From NCBI GenBank assembly GCA_051294905.1, contig CM119372.1, positions 33,978,001-34,042,000 on the forward strand: a DNA stretch of 64,000 bases, given 5' to 3'. The notes beneath the pieces were generated by a model. That model searched no databases. It saw nothing but the letters and a program-made list of their open reading frames with translations, and was not told where the DNA came from. Shown piece after piece: positions 1-13,636 of this stretch. The translations under genes were made by a program, and so were the position numbers. How positions within the stretch are numbered: the stretch's first letter is position 1; each line of letters begins with the position of its first letter. The DNA is from Botryllus schlosseri. Lineage: Eukaryota.

Positions 1-840
1 AGATTTCACCATATTCACAAGCCATACGCATTATTGTAGGATGCAGTTAGTAGTCAATCCTTTATTTAATGATACTTAAGAATGCAATGCCTGGAATACT
101 GCCTTCAATCTGGCCGTGTTATAACACTTCGTGATATTTTGCTGCCTGCTCTAGATTACCGCAATGAAGAATTTGATGCACTCATTAAAATAAGACCAGG
201 AATGGCGGAGTTTATTTGAGTAGCGGCATCGTCAAAGTTAGCCGGGACGATGTTATTGCTGGACACGAGACCCGATATATTTCTCGCCCTGATACAGTAG
301 CAGTGTTGATGGATTAGTTGTGTTGCATTTATTATTTTCAATAAAACTATTGATTCACAATGAAGAATGAAGCATTTCAAATTGAAATCCTTTGAAACTA
401 CCGGATGTGAATCTTGATCGGATGGTAATAACGACATGCGCAGGCAGGATTTTCCGTATACTTTTTCTGCAGAATCCCCATAGCAAATCGGACGAAATAT
501 CTCTGCGGTGTTTCTCAGCTTCCTGAAAAGTGTAGTTGTGTTAGGAAATTACTTGGCAACGGACTCGCGGTTTCATCTTAATGAGGCTCATTCACCGATG
601 CATCAAACTAGATGTTATAGTTCTGTAGTCATTTTCCTGTTCATATCTATGGTAAGACATCTCCAATGTATCATCATCCCGACGCGCTGATTGAAATCAT
701 GGTAATGCTGTGATTCACTCTTATTCTGTTAGCACAAACTCTCCGTGATAGTTGCCATTCGAACTGGCTAACTCCATACTAACACCTGTGATTGATTGTG
801 GCAAGATTCCTAATTGAAACGAGGTAATAATCCACCAAAT
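1..840 (-). pseudogene. Degenerate non-LTR retrotransposon (CR1/L2-like LINE) ORF2 fragment
   Basis: Minus-strand translation 'SGLVSSNNIVPANFDDAATQINSAIPGLILMS..' resembles the pre-RT 'S.G.D.I....LK..A..I...L..I.N.S...G..P' segment of LINE ORF2. Many stops; boundaries approximate. Confidence 0.4.
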
Positions 841-883
841 TATACGTAGGCCGCTACCATACTGTATTTCATATGATTTAGAC

Positions 884-2477
884 CAGTGGTCCTCAACCTT
901 TTTCACCTCGCGGACCGGTAAAATTTCAAAAAATATTCGGCGGACCGGTGGACTTTCAAAAATGGAAATCAACTCAAAGCGTGCCGTATGCAACTGTTTT
1001 ATGCAAGTACATGGTGCTAGAGAGTGACATTTTGAGGATTTTGATCGTAATTAATTATGTTCATGATGGCATCTATCAGATTTTACCGTGGTAAGTCTGT
1101 TGAGTCGAGGTAAAATTGCCTTACCAAGATAAACCTGCTAACGCCGAGAGTCGTTTACAGTCTTTCGCACCGAAGGTCATGGATTTAACCGACCACGCTA
1201 ACTCGAATATCAATATTCTCTTCGACAATATCGAGAGAACAAGCGTTTCGGAGTCAAACCAAGCACCTTGTGCTACCTTGCTCATTGCCCACTACCATCA
1301 GTTGTAGGTTACTGTGGATATACCATGAATTAGGGATGGTGTGAACGTAAGATTAACGTTCGCGGTCTGTGTGTCCACCTCAAAAATTTAGAGGTTCACG
1401 TTCACAAACGAACCTTCGTAGGTTCTACACTGTGAACCTTTTTCATATATTACAATTTTTCACATCTTTAACGTCATTGGTTGAAATTCTTTGCTTTTCA
1501 ACTTAGGGCCACTATGCATGACGCTGGTAATATAAAAAATCAACACTAATCGAGCATGCAACTGGCTAATTTTAAATATTTTACTTGCTTTGTTACAATA
1601 GTTTGCTCGAAATATCCAGCTTTCCGTTTGTGGATATTAGTGACTCTCTACTTTGAGCTTGACCCGCAATTGCACAACATCAAGAGCGAAATACGCTGTA
1701 GGTGGATAGCGAATTATTCTTCATTCCACCAATCAATAAAATTTATATAAAGAATACATCGCTGCTACTGCAAAAAATCTAACAAGCGTTGGGTATCCAT
1801 CTTGATTTTATATGTTTATTGTATCATAAAAACCAAATCCGTGCGATTGGGGTGCTGGCCACTGCATAACGTGTTGATGGGGTAATGTCGGAAGCAAGTA
1901 TACAAACCCGTTTTACACTCAGCTCAATATCAATATATCAATAGTCAGACGCCGAATACATTGTCTAGTCTGGCACATATCGTTAAGGCGTAAGCTTGTA
2001 TTCCCTTGCAAGACCTCGTCGAAATTATTGGCAAAGTGATTGAAGATTGATTTTATGGGAATATTATAGCATTTGATTGCTCCAGTTAATATATTTGGTG
2101 ACTAAAAAGTCAGCATGTACTTCAGCATTGTGGCATAATGTGGCCTCAGTTGTCGCTGTACATTGAAATATGTAAGGTTGGAATTTGCAATATGAGGTCA
2201 CCGTCACCGGCTCACGTTCGCGTTCACACAGAGTCTTAGCGGATTTCTATGTTAGCCGAAACTTCATTATGTGATGGTGCGTCGTGATGGGGTATGACTG
2301 GACGCCGAAATGCCTATTTCAATAATTCATGAGTATTTCTTGGGTGGAAGGACGCCTAATAATCAAGACTTTGAAGACATTTAGTGGCGCTAAACCGCGC
2401 AAAATTAGTTATAAAATTGCAAAATACCTCGCGGACCGGCTGGAAAGTCGTCGCGGACCGGAGGTTGAGAACCACTG
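884..2477. mobile_element. Non-autonomous hAT (Charlie-like) element
   Basis: TIRs CAGTGGTCCTCAACC / GGTTGAGAACCACTG with subterminal CGCGGACCGG motifs. Perfect 8-bp TSD ATTTAGAC (876-883, 2478-2485). Confidence 0.9.
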
Positions 2478-2870
2478 ATTTAGACAAGCGGCGCTTACGC
2501 TGATCAATAGTGCTGTTCAAAAATAACTTTCTTTTCAGGATTCCAGTAATTCCTTGATTAAATGGTCGCCAGGTTACCATAAAAAACGCTGCACGCCAAA
2601 TTTGGTTCAATTCTAACAAGTATAAGACTCCGCAGATCCAATTAAAAATTTTGATTTATTAGGGAAAATTTAAAAATAAAATTCAAATTTTTCTGTCAAC
2701 CCCGTGAAATTGTTGAGCTGTCTTCAAAGACGATGCAAAACAAATTTGACTCAATTCCGACTAGTAGAAGCAGAGTTATTTGAGTTTTTCGTTGATAATT
2801 GTCGGACGCGAAACAATAACTTCATATTGTTAATTAATTCGCGAAAAACTTTTCGACTGACTCTCATCAG

Positions 2871-5300
2871 CAGGGTCATGGTAAGGTATGGTATGGTATG
2901 GAAGTATGGTATGGTATGGTATGGAACGGAATTTCGGTATGGAATATGGAAATGTGCAAGTATGGTATGGTAAGGAACTTTCCCAAGTATGGTATGGAAT
3001 GTCTTTTACATATACTTCCATACTTTTTCCATACTTTGACAGTTTTGTCAGAACCATGATAATTATCCTACTTTCGATTTGACAAATTGATTGCATAGCT
3101 CAGAAAATCGATCACTGTCTAGTGTCTATGCTCGTTCATATCTCAAATTGCGATTCATGACACACACACCCCGGTCATCGACATCTATTTGAAGACAACA
3201 AAGTTGCGCAACGCGAATGAGAAGGAATATGATATTAAGGATAATTATTCCAATCAAAATATCATAGAATGAATGATATTCGACCGCTGTCGCGTTACAA
3301 CCTGTATTTCGCTTATGGCAACCTCTGGTCCGTAAACTACCAAGGGAGTTTTAAATCCGTAGACTCTGAGAACGTAGAAGTTACATGAATATTTGTTGAA
3401 CAGGAAATAATTTTCTGCGCTTTGGTAGGATGATCATCACGCAATATCTATTTGAATAAGCATCATTGTAATTCAAAAATATGTAGCTTGTCTCGGAGCG
3501 ACGTTACGATATGCCGGCCTCCAACACTACTACACACCACTGTTGGGATGACTCGAGTCAGACTCGAGTCAACTTTTTCGTATGACTTGACTTGACTCGA
3601 GTCACTTTGGAAAAATGACTTGACTTGACTCGGAGCTTCAAAAATGTGCATTGACACGTGACTGGGAGAAAAATTTACGAGTCAATTTCAAGTCATTAAG
3701 TAAGCGGTGTCGAATAAATCACTGTATCTTGTGTATGTTCGGATTGTTCGAGATGCGCCGGTGTCACTTGTGAGAGCAACCAGTCATTCACTGATTGTAC
3801 ATTACAAGGTTCCTCCATTGGTAGATCACAAATAAATTAACAGCAAATTAGAAAATTAATCTAAATAGCAATGTGTCTCTGTTTCTTAGACTGCTCAATG
3901 CTTACGTTGCCCATTGCTCAGATTTACCAATCCTCTTGTATGATTTAAATCGAACGAATGTATTGTGTGCGTTTATATTCTCACGGATGTGTAGATGGGT
4001 AGTGTAGGCTATTGTACCATATCAATTTGTTTCAACTTCTCGAAGCTTCGTATTAGGTCCTATATTTTGGCTGATAAGAACTGACTGTATAGTATGTAGC
4101 TGTACAGTTACTCACATATACTTTATTAGCAGTTCTACGTGTGCATGACGGATACACCGTCTTTTTGCATGTATATTTAACTAGATATTCGTTATTTGAT
4201 CAGGATAAATGATTAATTAATCTGTCTTTCACACAGCTAGCAAAATGAAATGACTTTGAATCATCACTCATACTTCGAAAATTCAATTTGACTTGAATTG
4301 TGACTTGACTCGTGACTTGACTTGACTTGACTTGACTCGACTTGACTCGAGTCACCTTAAAAAAACGAGTGACTTGACTTGACTCGAGTCACCTTTGAAA
4401 ATCGATTGACTTGACTTGACTCGAGTCAAAATTTGCAATGACTCGAGATGACTCGTGACTCGAAGGTGGTGACTTGATCCCAACACTGCTACACACTGTA
4501 GCGTGCGAAAGTGTAGCTGATGGCGGCTTATATCTACCATAAACATTAGTTCTTCAACAGCAGACAGTTCATCCGGCCAATGCATTATTTGGCATTTACA
4601 CCTGTAAATTGATGCTACCTCGCTACATTTAGAAATATTTCAAAATTTTCCCATTTTTCTGTCGGCTTACACATACATTTGACGGAGGCGCAACATTGCA
4701 TTTACGGTTACCAGTTCACTGCTCATTAATTTCATTGCGTGCCGCCCGATTCTGGGGGTCTTAATATTCACCAATGAAGTCTTTATAAAACAATTCTTAC
4801 CTAATTTTATTGGAGGAAACAATTTTAAAGGGTGGAAATATAGATTTCAGGTTGAAGGGATAAAGAAAAAAAGGTTGGAAACCAATCTTCTAATTTCAAA
4901 ATACCTTTGGTTTATGTAATTTTGTAAATGATGTTACTGCAGGCAGTGCGTAACCACACTAGATTTACATGTCATGAGATTCTGTTGTGATTAGGCTGAC
5001 CACATGTGATATAAAGTAACTGGGGATATCAATGGTTTTATCAGGGCTCTTTAAATAGATAATTTTATCTAAGATAATTCGAATAAAAACGCCGCAACAT
5101 TTCCACATATCAAAAATAGTGAGCAGAGCTTGGGTATCAGAGCTTGGGCAAGATGCGAAAGTATCGAAAAAGTATCAAATATGGTATGGAAGAATGTTGC
5201 TATGGTATGGAAAATTGTTAAGTATGGTATGGAACGATTCGGCGGGCATGGAGTATGGAAGATTCCCCTTCCATACCATACCATACCATACCATGCCCTG
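2871..5300. mobile_element. Non-autonomous hAT-type element with (GGTAT)n subterminal arrays
   Basis: Termini CAGGGTCATGGTA / TACCATGCCCTG. 8-bp TSD CTCATCAG (2863-2870, 5301-5308). An empty-site copy of the target lies at ~21301-21475. Confidence 0.9.
3538..4488. mobile_element. hAT-type MITE with (GACTT/GACTC)n arrays, nested in 2871-5300
   Basis: Termini CACTGTTGGGAT / ATCCCAACACTG. TSD CTACACAC (3530-3537, 4489-4496). Confidence 0.9.
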
Positions 5301-5327
5301 CTCATCAGTAGCGAACGTCAGTGATAG

Positions 5328-5915
5328 TATAGAAATTAAACATGGAACGGCAACGACCGATTTTGCAGCTTCGTTCCGCTTCGCCGAGGCTGGAGTGGAG
5401 AATTGTTTTGCGTAAGCGACAGTAGGATTTCTGGCAATCCAAAAGCTATCTTTCCGAACGCAGAAATTATTGAATCTGGTTTTGATCGAAAGCTATTGTT
5501 GCACCGATTCCGAAAATATAAATTAAAATAATGATCAGGCACTGATCCACCTAGAATCCGTCCTCCAAGTTTGAAATATCGGCATTGTTCGAACAATCAG
5601 AGAGTCGCAACGGATCATTGTTATGGCCATTGTGTTGCGGTTACCCGATTGTTCTGAATGCCGATATTTCAGACTTGGAGGACAGATTCTAGGTGGATCA
5701 GTGCCTGATCAATATTTTAATTTATATTTTCGGAAACGGTGCAACAGTAGCTTTCGATCAAGACCGGATTCAGTAATTTCTGCGCTCGGGAAGATAGCTT
5801 TTGGATTGCCAGAAATCCTACAGTCGCTTACGCAAAACAATTTTCCACTCCAGCCTCAGCGAAGCGAAACGAAGCTGCAAAATCAGTCGTTGCCGTTCCA
5901 TGTTTAATTTCTATA
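5328..5915. mobile_element. Fold-back (palindromic) element, ~290-bp arms
   Basis: TATAGAAATTAAACATGGAACGGCAACGAC... is the reverse complement of ...GTCGTTGCCGTTCCATGTTTAATTTCTATA. Flanked by the direct repeat GTGATAG (5321-5327, 5916-5922). Absent from the empty-site copy at ~21375. Confidence 0.85.
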
Positions 5916-6016
5916 GTGATAGGGTGAATCAAATTTGAAATATAGGAACTATTTTGTCCGTATGACGTAATAATAACGAAAACAAACAACTAGTACACTG
6001 GTAAGATACGGTAGGC

Positions 6017-6851
6017 CTAGTAACGATACAAAACAAACGTTAACGAGTAGCCTACATATTCGGTTATAAATAACCGAGAGCAACAACACACCACATTAAT
6101 GTAATAATCCAAGAGTGTAGAGGCGTGTTCCTTCTGGCGACAGAGAATCGGCTTTCGCAGCTTTATGATCGTGGATTCCAGGACCTTCAAATGAAAAAGA
6201 GACCGGCCACGAGCAACTATAGAAAACTGACTGTCATTGCAATGATCAGCACGTTCTGGATGGGATAAGAGATGCTGTCCGATAGCCGAATTACAAGCAG
6301 TAACTTGATCATTAATCACGCAGCGTGTCACTAGACTCCGATGATGGAGTTGGAGAAACATTATAGTTATTCTAATTTGCCGTGGAAACTTGCTGGCGAA
6401 TTCTTTGCTGCAAGCGCTGAGACGTGCGACCTACATACCGACTATCACATCGGCACGTGTATTCATATATTATATTGCGTTGATTTTTCGCAGGTAGCAC
6501 ATCCTCTTGCGTTGCACGCATCAGAGATTTCGTCATGAAGATTATCTGCGGTTCTACTTGTGAAAAACAATGTTTAACTTTTCTGAAATCTTTGACTTTA
6601 CGATCCATGGTCATTTTAATGGTATGATCAGGATAACCATTAGACTGAAAGATTGACCGAATGTACTCCAATTCAGAATCAAGTTTGACGCTACTACAAA
6701 TCATCAGAGCCCCGTGCACCAGAGTTCTTATCAAATTGACTTTACGTTTGACTGGACAGAAAGACTCCCACGAAATGTATTGCCCACTGAATAGGCTTAC
6801 GGTAAACCGATGTAACAAAATTAGCACCCGTCTTTTCAACAAAAACATCAA
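6017..6851 (-). pseudogene. Penelope-like retroelement remnant (RT C-terminus + GIY-YIG endonuclease)
   Basis: 'IIYEYTCRCDSRYVGRTSQRLQQRIRQQ', 'SAIGQHLL', 'LESTIIKLRKPILCRQKE', 'NGYP'; frameshifted. Confidence 0.85.
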
Positions 6852-6869
6852 GGAATGCTAATGATAGCT

Positions 6870-9150
6870 TTCAATACAACATCCATTGCAGTAAAATATT
6901 TATTCAACTCGAAGACTTTTGGAATGTTTTGTTTCCAGTCAGGGTCTCTTGATACTCTGCAAATCCGCATATCCTTTGTAGTCCAAACAACAAAATGTGC
7001 ACAGGCAATATTTGTGGCATACATTTGGGCCTGAATTTGATGCCAATAAGTGTGATTTACTTGTAATTACCCAGCAGCAGTAAAAAATTGATATCTGTTC
7101 AAGATCGAATTTCATGAGCTCATCGACTGTTGTTACGATATTTCCAGGGGCACTTTACCTCAAGCACACCTACTGCCCATGCGGTCTGCTCAGGTAGAAT
7201 CACTCTATCAGGTGAAGCACCGATACATCCACATGGAAAAAGAACAAGATCATGCTTCGTGCTAACCGCCACAATATTGAATCCATGTTCAGTGTTCATT
7301 AGGGTTATGACCAGAAAAATTTTTTTTGCCTGTAGCAGGAATTAATGAACATTTTGGTAGAAATTAATAAAAAATATAATCATTTTGTTCAAATCGAAAA
7401 AAATGTCCCGCACAAATTAACTTCAATTTTTGACACTGGTCCAAACATAGAAAAAATTTACAATCCAAAGGTGTTCTTTGCTACAAATTTAATCTTCATA
7501 TATATGTCCTTTTGCACTCCTGGTACAGTTCATCCATCAAATTGACTTCCCTTTCTGTGATTATGTTAGTGCCAGGGACATCTACAACTGACATATCCGA
7601 CTTGCAATGGGATTTTTAGGCACGTTATCGCTGCAGGACATTCGAGCGCAAAGATAGCAGCAAATAAACTTTGGTATACTCTAGAGCCCGACCCATATTG
7701 AATTTCTTGGTCGATACCGATATCTCACACTATGGCCGAGAACCCCAATACATTCAGCCGATATTTAAAAAAAGCTGGATATACATAAGCACATTTTCAA
7801 AGCTTCAGAGCATTTATTTGAACATCTTTACAGCCATTGTTATACTTGAACATGAAATAAACTAGAAAGGCTACATCTGGACACCAGTTAAGTGTAAGCT
7901 AAATTTGTAGCTGAGAGTTAGATTTGTTGAGGATGTTGGATTGAAAAACTCTGACATATGCTTTAAGAATCGATATTATTATGTTGGCAACCAATGTAGT
8001 GTGATTTATAAAAACCCTTGCTCATCATTGCAATTTGCAGTTACACAACGACATTCCGCCACCCAGTATCACCAGATACTGAGTCACATATGATATGGCA
8101 TTTTCAAATTTTCATCATATTCCTCGAATCGGTTTTCTAGACCGCTGAAAATAGCTTGAGTTGTTCTACTTTCGCCTTTTCGAACAGTAGTTAGATTTGT
8201 GTCAGACAAATTGCAATTATACGATATATATAGTCTACATCTAAAATCGAAATTAATAATTATTTAATAATTATTTAATTCAGTATGTAAGCAAGAAAAC
8301 GATCGGATAAATTCAATCTGGGCCATCACAATTTACCAATATACTATTTTAAATCTTCGCAATTGGAATTGTGTCAGTTAAATTCAAATAAGTCGGTATA
8401 TATATTATATAGTCTGTATCTACAAAAATTGCCTATCCTTCATACAGTGAAAACTGGAAAATTTTTGTGCGGGAAGTTTTTGTTTAACCAGTCTTAACTT
8501 TTGTTAATTTTGAAATCAGGACACAAAAGTTCATGGTTTGTGACTACAGGACACACAAAATTTTGAATTTTTTTTCTAGTCATAACCCTAGTGTTCATAC
8601 AGCACTGTCCTTGAAGTGATTTGAAAATAGATGACGAATATGGAGTACCTGCTGTCTTGTTCCCCTCAAAGCAGTCCTAAACCCTACCAAAATTGCTACT
8701 TGTGAGTCGAAGAGCCCTGTATTTACCCAATTCTGTACATTCTCTCTGTTCTGGCGATGTCCTGTTGGCATGGTAGCTATAATCCGTATATGACTAAAAC
8801 TTTGTTGGCTTCCAACTCTAAGATTTAGGTGATGGCTTTGAAGATTCCATTTCAAGGCTACACGATGAGGATTCTAGATCCGGATCATCAATGACAGGAT
8901 TTGTATGTGCAGCATCCACAACATCGGAGGAAAGACAGTTAATGACACGGCGTGGAAGTGGTAGGAGCAAATGAAGCTTGTCGAAGTAGGCTTGAAGTCC
9001 CGCCTTCTTGCTCTGCATTCCCAAGCCTTCCTTTCCTTTGCGTTGGAAGGATATTAGTGGAAAGATCTGTTCTTCCTCAGTTCATTGCCATTAGTTGCAC
9101 TACATTTATAAACACAGCAGTATTTCGCGACATTCTATTTGAGTATATGT
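6870..9150 (-). pseudogene. YqaJ-like (lambda-exonuclease, PD-(D/E)XK) transposon accessory gene remnant, split by the 7300-8590 element
   Basis: Manual minus-strand translation gives 'CGCIGASPDRVIL...GVLEVKCPWKYRN' and 'HTYWHQIQAQMYATNIACAHFVVWTTKDMRICRVSRDPDW'. The frame continues across the insertion once it is removed. Upstream limit approximate. Confidence 0.7.
7300..8590. mobile_element. Non-autonomous hAT-type element
   Basis: TIRs TAGGGTTATGACCAGAAAA / TTTTCTAGTCATAACCCTA. TSD GTGTTCAT (7292-7299, 8591-8598). Confidence 0.9.
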
Positions 9151-11451
9151 TACTAAATATTGTATTTCCTTTCCTAATTCCATTATTGATGAAGAAATAA
9201 ACATTTAACTGTAATCTTGTCGTTTTTTATACAGTCCACACGGCTATAGGAATACATCGCAGTGCCAACTAGGCTTAGGTAAATGCAGCGTCCTCCGTTG
9301 CTGCGCCGTTTCTATTGCCATTATTGTCTCTCGACCAATCAGCGTAAAGTTTGGTTTACGGCCGTATAACAAACTTTGAAGTGTACGGTACGGTACTATA
9401 GTACAGTGGCGGCTCGTGACAATATCGGTTGGTGGGGCAAGGGCTGCAAGCGACTTTTTATCAAGATGACGTCACAATGGCGTTTTCCAACTTAAACAAG
9501 TAACTTAATGATGGTACGGTAACATGAATTTCCCGACAACAGTGATTTTGCCGCGAGAAGTCTGCCGGTGAGTTGTGACTTGAAGTGTGGGAACTGCGTA
9601 AACGGCGTACGGAACAAAGATTCAACACGGTTCATGTTCGCACTTGACCTGACTAATTATCTGCAGAAATGGAAATGACTATAACTCGAGAGAATGCGTA
9701 AGCCTAACTGGAAAGGTCAACGAGTTCGGACACATACGCAATTGTTATCTCATAGATTGGGCCTGTCATATTGAATCCAAAACATCATTCTGAAGAACTA
9801 TTAAGGATAGCAGCCTCGGAAATTCGGTCTGGGTACACCATAGGAGATTTTGGCCTTGAAACTGGAGACTGTAACACGACACATACGGCTTACTGTCTAT
9901 ATGTCTGCTGCGAAATCGCCTTTGGAAAATATATTACCGAATAAATACGCCCAGCAAACACAAAACCGTAAAAGGATCATCCGGGATCATCTCGATTAGG
10001 TTCTGATTTTCTAAGTGTCGAGGGAATGTCTAAAATAAGTAGTAGGATGGTCTTGTGGTTATATTCAATCAGAATAAATTCATACTCGGTGTTGTTCCAT
10101 CTCATGCATTAGGCTTCGTTATATCCGGTAGTTAACCTAATAATGCAAATTTTCTATCTCTCGCGGGTACGACTAAAATACGTAGAAAGGATGACTTTGT
10201 CGGTACATTCAATCACGATGAATTCTATCCGGTTTTGTTCGATCTCATGCGGTAGCTTCGTTCTATCCATTAGAAAACAATGTTCTCTCTTCGTTTTATT
10301 GCGTGAGGATGTCACCGGTGTTGTATATTCGTGTTGTTGCTCTAAGGTCGAATAGTTTTGTTTTCCTCTGATATATATGATCTTCATTATATATATATTC
10401 GCTCTTTCGGTAATCTCGCATGGTCAACGAGTATGGTTAATAGTTTTATTCAGAGAATAACTAAATAAGTGATATGTTGTACGTTTAGGAATATGATTAT
10501 CGATGCGTGACTTCTAGAATATTTCGGCGATTCAAATTTTACGTCATCGCGCCATACAAAGATTTGAAGCGCAACAGGTCGCAGCCAGGCATAGTTCGCT
10601 CTTTCTGTATGGTAAATGCCGTAAATATATAGGAATTGTGACTGACTGAGGTAGCGGGTTAAAGGTATATATGCAGTAGCATATAGCTTATGGGGTATTT
10701 CGAATTGCCTGTAGTATATGACGCCTAGAGCTGTTTGACTTTCTGCAAAACAGGTGTAGACAACTATAGAAAAGTTTCAGCTTTTCCAGGTTAGAATTAG
10801 AGCTAAACCGTTTTTCCGAATTAGATTACAATTATATTGCTGGCATTTCGCTCTAATTTAGTGAAATTAGACCACTATAATTCGCTTCAAACATCTGAAT
10901 TACCGGTACCTATACCTACGGTATATCATAATATTTATGCTTGAATTTTCTAGGTATATAAGTCATATAGATACATTCCTGTAGAACACTGATTCATGAT
11001 TTTATAAAAGTTGGTGCAAGAATGGAAATTTTCAACTTGATGTTGATTAATGGAGCAAAATTTGATATTTGAGTGCAATTATACCTCGAATCCAGTGACA
11101 AGATTATTAATCGTTGAAACCAAACGCAGCTTGATTATGTTGGCCAGAGAATTTGGCTAGCCAGACCATATTGATGGAATATGGTCACAGTAAGATAATA
11201 TTTTGGGCTATTTTACATGAACTTTCCAACATTTGATTTGATATGTCCACTAAAACAGTTGTTATTCTGCTTTCGAATAAGACCTTAATTGCTGGTTTCA
11301 ATGGTAACTGTGTTTGTCAAAGGCTGCAAAGGTAATTTCTTTTCCTTGTTAGATGTTTATTTGTTTGTTTGTGGTGTTCATGGTGGTGGTTCGACTACAC
11401 TGGTCATTTTACACAAGGCCGGTTCTTATTATTATTATTCCGTATCTGCCC

Positions 11452-12341
11452 GATTACCAGTGAACTCGGCACTTGGTGAATTCGGCCGCACAAACTCGGC
11501 ACTTGGTGAATTCGGCCGTGGTAGATCTCGTAGCGGTACCGGTCACCATGATTGGTTACTGGAATGTTTGCCGGTGAACTTGGCACTTTGAGTGGTTGTC
11601 AATGTTGTACGGCGGTCAGGGCATGCGTAGATCACACAGTCACGGCGTGATTAGATCACAGATTGCGTAATTGCGGGAAATAACGCGACGCTCTTCACTT
11701 GGTGAACTCGGCCCTTGGAGGAATTGGCACTAGAACACCTTCGCATTATAAATGCATTTAGTATGAATGAACAGTATCAAAAAGGAAATTTAAACGTGTC
11801 GTGGCTCGTGGTAGATCTCGTAATCTTGGGATCCTTCAACCGTGTTATCTAGACACCCTAATCCCAGAGTGGAATCGTCTCTCCAAAGGCAAAAAATAAT
11901 TTATTTTGACGTGATCATGCGAAACATTTGTTGATGAGGAACACTGGCTTGTCGTGATCGATAAACGAAGAAGCGCCGCTTGATGTTCCACAGTTTTGAT
12001 CTCACATACAACGCCAAGATCCATCTTCTCAAAACTTACACGACACAGGCCCGTGACTCACGCCATCGATTCCAAGCAGACCGCGCGTGGTCGGTATATG
12101 AGCGCTGTGTTATTTCCCGTGGCTACGCAATCCGTGATCTAATCACGCCGTGACTGCGCGATCTACGGATGCCCTGACCTCCTTACAAGATTGACGAATC
12201 ACTTGATAATACTATTATTAGTTTGATAATTCATATTAATAGCTGTAAATACACTTCATTTCAAAATTTCCCGAGGGCCGAATTCACCAAGTGCCGAGTT
12301 TGTGCGGCCGAATTCACCAAGTGCCGGGTGCATCGGCAACC
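11452..12341. mobile_element. MITE with long imperfect TIRs built of AACTCGGCACTTGGTGAATTCGGCC units
   Basis: Inverted arrays at both ends. 8-bp TSD ATCTGCCC (11444-11451, 12342-12349). Superfamily uncertain. Confidence 0.75.
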
Positions 12342-12970
12342 ATCTGCCCACTTACAGCACGGCCCACTCCTAGGCTTTTTAAGACATGGCTAGGCGAATC
12401 AGATGGCGAGGAGGAGCCTAGATAAACGGCCAACACTTCGGTAGGAATTATGGAGTCGACGTGTCACGCTCGAACCCGCAATTCATTGGTGTTTAGCTAT
12501 AATGGAACGTACCACTACGTTTCCTCGCCATACCTTGTAAAATGAGACCGTAGCATTTGGCATTTCGTGTGGCAATTGACTTTTGTGTGGAAAATTGTGT
12601 TCGTTTTAGAACTTATCCGAAACTTTTATTCCGCCATAGATTGTATATGATAAAACAATATCGGAATTGATCCTAGAAGAATTCCAAAGCAACTCACCAC
12701 AAAGGAGGATTTAAAGAAGTTTGATGGAAAATTGAATGAAAGCAAAAGCCTTTGCAAGAGATGTGGTATGTTGAATGTTTTGGTATTTTTAAATAGGCCT
12801 ACTTTGTTGTGCCGATAGCAGACAGTATATATAAACGTAAGATGTGGAAGCTATTAAGGTGTTTTTAGAAATTCAGTCAGTCAAAGTGGACGATCGTATT
12901 GCTTGGATTATATTTAGGCTTATTTTAGCATCTTTGAGATGCAACTCTAAACGTGGACGGTCATGAACAG

Positions 12971-13636
12971 TAGGGCTCTTCAAAAATGACTTTTTTTCTC
13001 AAATCGTACTGGCTACTTGATAAAATTGTTAGGTTACCTAATTTAATCCTACAAACAAAATATGGTTCAAATCCAGCCAGTATCCGCTTTGCTACAAGAG
13101 AAGAAAGTTCCTATTTATTATATAAAAATGAATAATAAAAAATTTGAAGATTTTCTGTTAACCCCATGAAAGTGTTAGGCTGTCTATAGAAACGATGCTC
13201 ACCAAATTTGGTTCAATTCCAACCAGTGGAAGCGGAGTTACTGCTGTCGAAAAATTTGGATTTTAATAAAATAGTACTTACGGTGAGCACAATTTAAATA
13301 AGTAAACAAAGAATCGGTCACCGTAAATACTATTTTATTCAAATCCAAATTTTTCGACGGCAATATCTCCGCTTCCACTGGTTGGAATTGAACCAAATTT
13401 GGTGAACATCGTTTCTATAGACAGCCTAACACTTTCATGGGGTGAACAGAAAATTTTCAAATTTTTATTACCTATTTATTTTTATATAATAAATAGAAAC
13501 TTTCTTCTCCTGTAGCAAAGCGGTTACTGGCTGGAATTGAACCAAATTTTGTGTTTAGGCTTAAATTAGGTAACCTAACAATATTATCAAGTAGCCAGAA
13601 CGATTTGAGAAAATAAGTCATATTTTAAGAGCCCTA
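12971..13636. mobile_element. Fold-back element, ~320-bp arms
   Basis: TAGGGCTCTT...AAGAGCCCTA; the arms are reverse complements throughout, with a loop at ~13285-13316. No clean TSD. Confidence 0.85.

Noticed and set aside
2830..5907. ORFs rich in MVWYG/PYHTI, and the mirrored pair at 5336/5623
   Set aside because: Translations of (GGTAT)n MITE arrays and of a palindromic element.
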